From an uncultured Gammaproteobacteria bacterium (GTDB lineage: Bacteria > Patescibacteriota > Microgenomatia > UBA8517), in the NCBI GenBank assembly GCA_964502815.1, contig CAZCXV010000001.1:7907-71906 (forward strand): a DNA stretch of 64,000 bases, in the 5' to 3' direction. The translations under genes were made by a program, and so were the position numbers. This document shows positions 61,348-64,000 of this stretch, in pieces; position 1 is the first letter of the stretch; the number at the start of each line of letters is the position of its first letter. The notes under the pieces are model-generated. The model searched no databases. It was not told the DNA's origin and saw only the letters and a list, made by a program, of their open reading frames with translations.

Positions 61348-63663
61348 TCAATATCCAACTTCATCAAAAGACAAATCATCAACCGCCAAATTTAAATCAT
61401 CATTTGAGAAACTGGAAACTGAAAGGATCGCATATTTTACATTCTCAGGTGCTTGAGATTTTACGTTCACTTGCTGCCAATTGTCTTTAACTTTCGTTCG
61501 TGGTGATAAAGCAATTACTTTCCCTGGCAAATGTTTATTGTTGTATTCTCCATCAAGAAGTCTGATTTGCTCACTGGCCATAGGTGTTAAGCCGTAGTAG
61601 AAGTTAATCCAAAGTTTACTTAATTGATGGCTGATTTTCCTAAACATAGACTTATTGACTTTAGTATAGTAATCAATTCGCAAATAAATTGTCTGTTCTT
61701 TTTTCATCTGCCTTTGACTTCCCTTAATCCAACCTGAAAATTCATACATTTTCCCAGAAGTGACTTCGATTTCTTTTGACATTAATCTTGGTGGGGTAAA
61801 ACCTAAGTTTTTCTGATTGAACTCTAGAGAATCCTTTTTCGTTTTGCCTTCGAGTTCATTGTATTTTATTTCCACAGTATCTTCTGGAGAATAACTATCT
61901 ATTTCCCAATAACTCAAATCTTGCTTATAACTAAAATCAAAGGATCTAACATTAGTTTTTTTACCCGACTCTTTTTGAGGAGGAAGCTTAAAAAAATAAA
62001 TCCTAGAATTGTCACACATGGGTGATTTTGCAATATTTGATTTTAAATCTGCTCTTGAAAAATACTCTGAAAGTGCAAGGGGAACATATGAATTTTCATA
62101 GGCCTCGGTTGGAGGTGGAAAAAAATGGAGAAAATACATATAGGTAAAGTAATCAAGTTTGCCACCATTCATAAAAACATAGTCCACTCCCTCGCGTCTT
62201 ACTTCTTCTAAAGAGAAAATATTAACATACTCAAGTCTTAAAAGTTTTGCTAACTCAATTGAAGGAAATGTTACTTCAGGTTGATAGGCTACAGTTGATC
62301 CTGGCGGAATATTATTTTCGATCCACTTCTTTCCTTGTTTCTCAATTTGCTCCTGAGAACAAGAAATACTTGCGCTTCCAGCCAAAATTAAAGGTTGAAA
62401 AATTGTGATGCCAATAATCAAGGTAACTAATAAGTTCAGTCGATATTTAGGTTGGTTTCGTAGATATTTAATCAACTCAAAAATAAAATAGGCAGCAAAG
62501 AATACCAAAAAACTAACTGTCGGAAGAACAAGCCGCTCATAATAAACAGGGACATAGGAAGTGATATAGACAAGGTTAATTAGGGGAATAATTGCCAATA
62601 GTAAAAATTTTCTTTTATCCTTGATAAACAGCAGTATTAGCCCAAGAATCGATACTAGAGTGGGAATTAAACCATATGCCTGTGTTAATAAAAAATTCAC
62701 AAAAAACGGCTGAAATTTAATAGGTAGGAGTGTAGTTATTGGCGGAAGATTAGTTCTTCCAAGAGTCAGTACATATTTAGGAAGTGCAAAGATAAATGTA
62801 GTTACTGAAGTTCCATACCAAGGAAGAGCATATTTGCCCAAATCAACCATAAAGTTAGTCAAACCGTTGGGATCTAAAAACAAAAACGGTAAACCAATGA
62901 ATATTCCCACAAAAATTGCCATTAAGCTAAGCACTATTTTGACTAACGCTTTATTATTTTTATTCAAACTTAAGACAATAGCTACCGGATACGCAAGAAA
63001 AGCAATTGGGAAAAACTTGGTAGTCGCCGAAATACCTATAAATATCCCAGCAAGTATGTACCACTTAACTCTCTTGTCTTCAATCAATCTAACTAAAAAA
63101 TAGAACGACATGAGAATGAAAAGAACCATCGGAATATCGGTTGTTACGTAATGAGAATCTTTAACATGGGTCGGAGTAATCGAAATTAGTAATGCAGCTA
63201 TTAGCCCAACTTGTTTACTGAAAAGTCTTTTTCCAATAAGGTAAGTCACTAAAACTGTAGCAGTCCCAAGTACAGCAGTTAAACTTCTACCGACAATAAA
63301 AAGTATTTCGTCAATATCACTGATTGCCAGTGTATGGATTTGTGAGAAAGAAAGTATTGGACTCTGAGAAAAGACTGGTTCAATAATCTTTAAAAGGTAG
63401 TATGCTAAAAAAACTGGTAGTGAGACCAAAGCATGCAGGTAGAAATTTAGTGTTCCATATTTATAAATGTGCGGATTGAAATCAAATTTTGATATGACAG
63501 AATCAACCAACTTCCAAGAATAAACTTGTAAAACTCCTTCATCAGGGTGGCCAATGTTTGGCCAAATGCCAACCAATCGAATTATTAAAGCAAAAAAAAG
63601 AATGAATGATAATAACTTATTCCTCTTTAACATCTTTACAATGTAAAATATCACTTTCTTCAT
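61348..63663 (-). CDS. Polytopic membrane glycosyltransferase, GT-C (ArnT/GT39-like) with large C-terminal extracytoplasmic domain (771 aa)
   Basis: About 13 TM helices in the first 480 aa. N-terminal loop reads VGIWPNIGHPDEGVLQVYSW. It lies immediately upstream of the Arn-like amino-sugar genes. Confidence 0.7.
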   Translation of the reverse strand: MKKVIFYIVKMLKRNKLLSFILFFALIIRLVGIWPNIGHPDEGVLQVYSWKLVDSVISKFDFNPHIYKYGTLNFYLHALVSLPVFLAYYLLKIIEPVFSQSPILSFSQIHTLAISDIDEILFIVGRSLTAVLGTATVLVTYLIGKRLFSKQVGLIAALLISITPTHVKDSHYVTTDIPMVLFILMSFYFLVRLIEDKRVKWYILAGIFIGISATTKFFPIAFLAYPVAIVLSLNKNNKALVKIVLSLMAIFVGIFIGLPFLFLDPNGLTNFMVDLGKYALPWYGTSVTTFIFALPKYVLTLGRTNLPPITTLLPIKFQPFFVNFLLTQAYGLIPTLVSILGLILLFIKDKRKFLLLAIIPLINLVYITSYVPVYYERLVLPTVSFLVFFAAYFIFELIKYLRNQPKYRLNLLVTLIIGITIFQPLILAGSASISCSQEQIEKQGKKWIENNIPPGSTVAYQPEVTFPSIELAKLLRLEYVNIFSLEEVRREGVDYVFMNGGKLDYFTYMYFLHFFPPPTEAYENSYVPLALSEYFSRADLKSNIAKSPMCDNSRIYFFKLPPQKESGKKTNVRSFDFSYKQDLSYWEIDSYSPEDTVEIKYNELEGKTKKDSLEFNQKNLGFTPPRLMSKEIEVTSGKMYEFSGWIKGSQRQMKKEQTIYLRIDYYTKVNKSMFRKISHQLSKLWINFYYGLTPMASEQIRLLDGEYNNKHLPGKVIALSPRTKVKDNWQQVNVKSQAPENVKYAILSVSSFSNDDLNLAVDDLSFDEVGY

Positions 63664-63764
63664 TTAATATAGATTTCTCATTAATGTTTGCATTAGCAAA
63701 CACTTAGTAGTATATATCAATCACAACTTAGTGTAGTAAACTAAAATATTGCCTATTAAGTTAA

Positions 63765-64000
63765 ATGCAAAAAGACTACATAGTATCACTTATAATTCTT
63801 ACTCGTAATGATGCTGACATTATCTTAAGTCGCTTACTAAAAATTAAAAGGGCTTTATTACAACTAGATTGTCATTTCGAAATTGTGATAATTGACAATA
63901 ACTCAGCTGATGAAACAATTGAGGAGATAACAAGTTTAAAAACAGTTATACGTCATACCAGAATACTTAGACTTTCAAAAACATATGATGACGAAGTGGC
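63765..64000 (+). CDS. 5' part of a GT2 glycosyltransferase (DPM1-like), truncated by window end
   Basis: Not in the ORF track. ATG at 63765 reads MQKDYIVSLIILTRNDADIILSRLLKIKRALLQLDCHFEIVIIDNNSADETIEEI..., a GT2 N-terminal signature. It is divergent from 61348..63663. Confidence 0.6.
   Translation, partial: MQKDYIVSLIILTRNDADIILSRLLKIKRALLQLDCHFEIVIIDNNSADETIEEITSLKTVIRHTRILRLSKTYDDEV

Noticed and set aside
60278-61351. Track ORF start at 61351 for the Gfo/Idh/MocA gene (and at 1116 for rsmH)
   Set aside because: The conserved N-termini begin at internal Mets (61294 and 1008). The upstream extensions add non-conserved residues ahead of the Rossmann or RsmH N-terminus and would create long overlaps with the preceding gene.
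1-64000. CRISPR arrays, tRNA/rRNA genes, transposases, integrases, phage genes
   Set aside because: There are no regularly spaced direct repeats and no tRNA-like cloverleaf candidates. The longest intergenic spaces are about 200 bp and were read through. No DDE, tyrosine or serine recombinase motifs appear in any ORF. The window appears to be a chromosomal biosynthetic region rather than a mobile island.

Overview
This is an AT-rich (about one-third GC) bacterial window with compact, overlapping genes, nearly all on the minus strand, and weak ribosome-binding sites. That style resembles small-genome Patescibacteria/CPR-like organisms, but the assignment is inference. The left 6.3 kb is housekeeping. 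It holds the tail of a dcw cluster read on the minus strand (mraZ, rsmH, then the first 31 codons of an FtsL-like gene at the window edge), with a textbook triple direct-repeat MraZ operator upstream of mraZ. GlyRS (glyQS type), RecO and a DUF4012-like envelope protein follow. Next comes a 947-aa secreted surface protein with Pro/Thr-rich linkers and three Cys-containing tandem repeats. From about 9.3 kb to the window end the region is one nearly unidirectional glycan / glycoprotein biosynthesis supercluster of roughly 54 kb. It contains an initiating phosphoglycosyl transferase, mannose-1-P guanylyltransferase, at least 13 Leloir glycosyltransferases (GT2/GT4), a Wzx flippase, an O-antigen-ligase/Wzy-like protein and about 10 large polytopic GT-C-like membrane proteins. 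Of these, five or six look GT39/ArnT/PMT-like, two look YfhO-like and two carry C-terminal discoidin domains. It also contains three SAM methyltransferases, two hexapeptide acetyltransferases and a Gtr-like module (GtrB-like GT2 with a small 4-TM protein). An Arn-like amino-sugar route is present, made of two DegT aminotransferases, an SDR, a Gfo/Idh/MocA oxidoreductase, an LbH acetyltransferase and an LbH-GT2 fusion. A NodU/CmcH carbamoyltransferase is translationally coupled through a 73-aa membrane protein to an ornithine carbamoyltransferase. Embedded in the cluster are a soluble non-RD Hanks kinase and a protein joining an NDT/SLOG-like Rossmann domain to a ribbon-helix-helix domain. Two plus-strand orphan hypotheticals sit inside the cluster. 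The most unusual sequence-level signal is three copies of a GC-rich 23-bp perfect hairpin palindrome (10-bp arms CCTGCAGGGT/ACCCTGCAGG, variable 3-nt loop). Each copy sits in frame inside a different glycosyltransferase gene and encodes LQGxTLQ. No CRISPR array, tRNA/rRNA, transposase or integrase was recognised.
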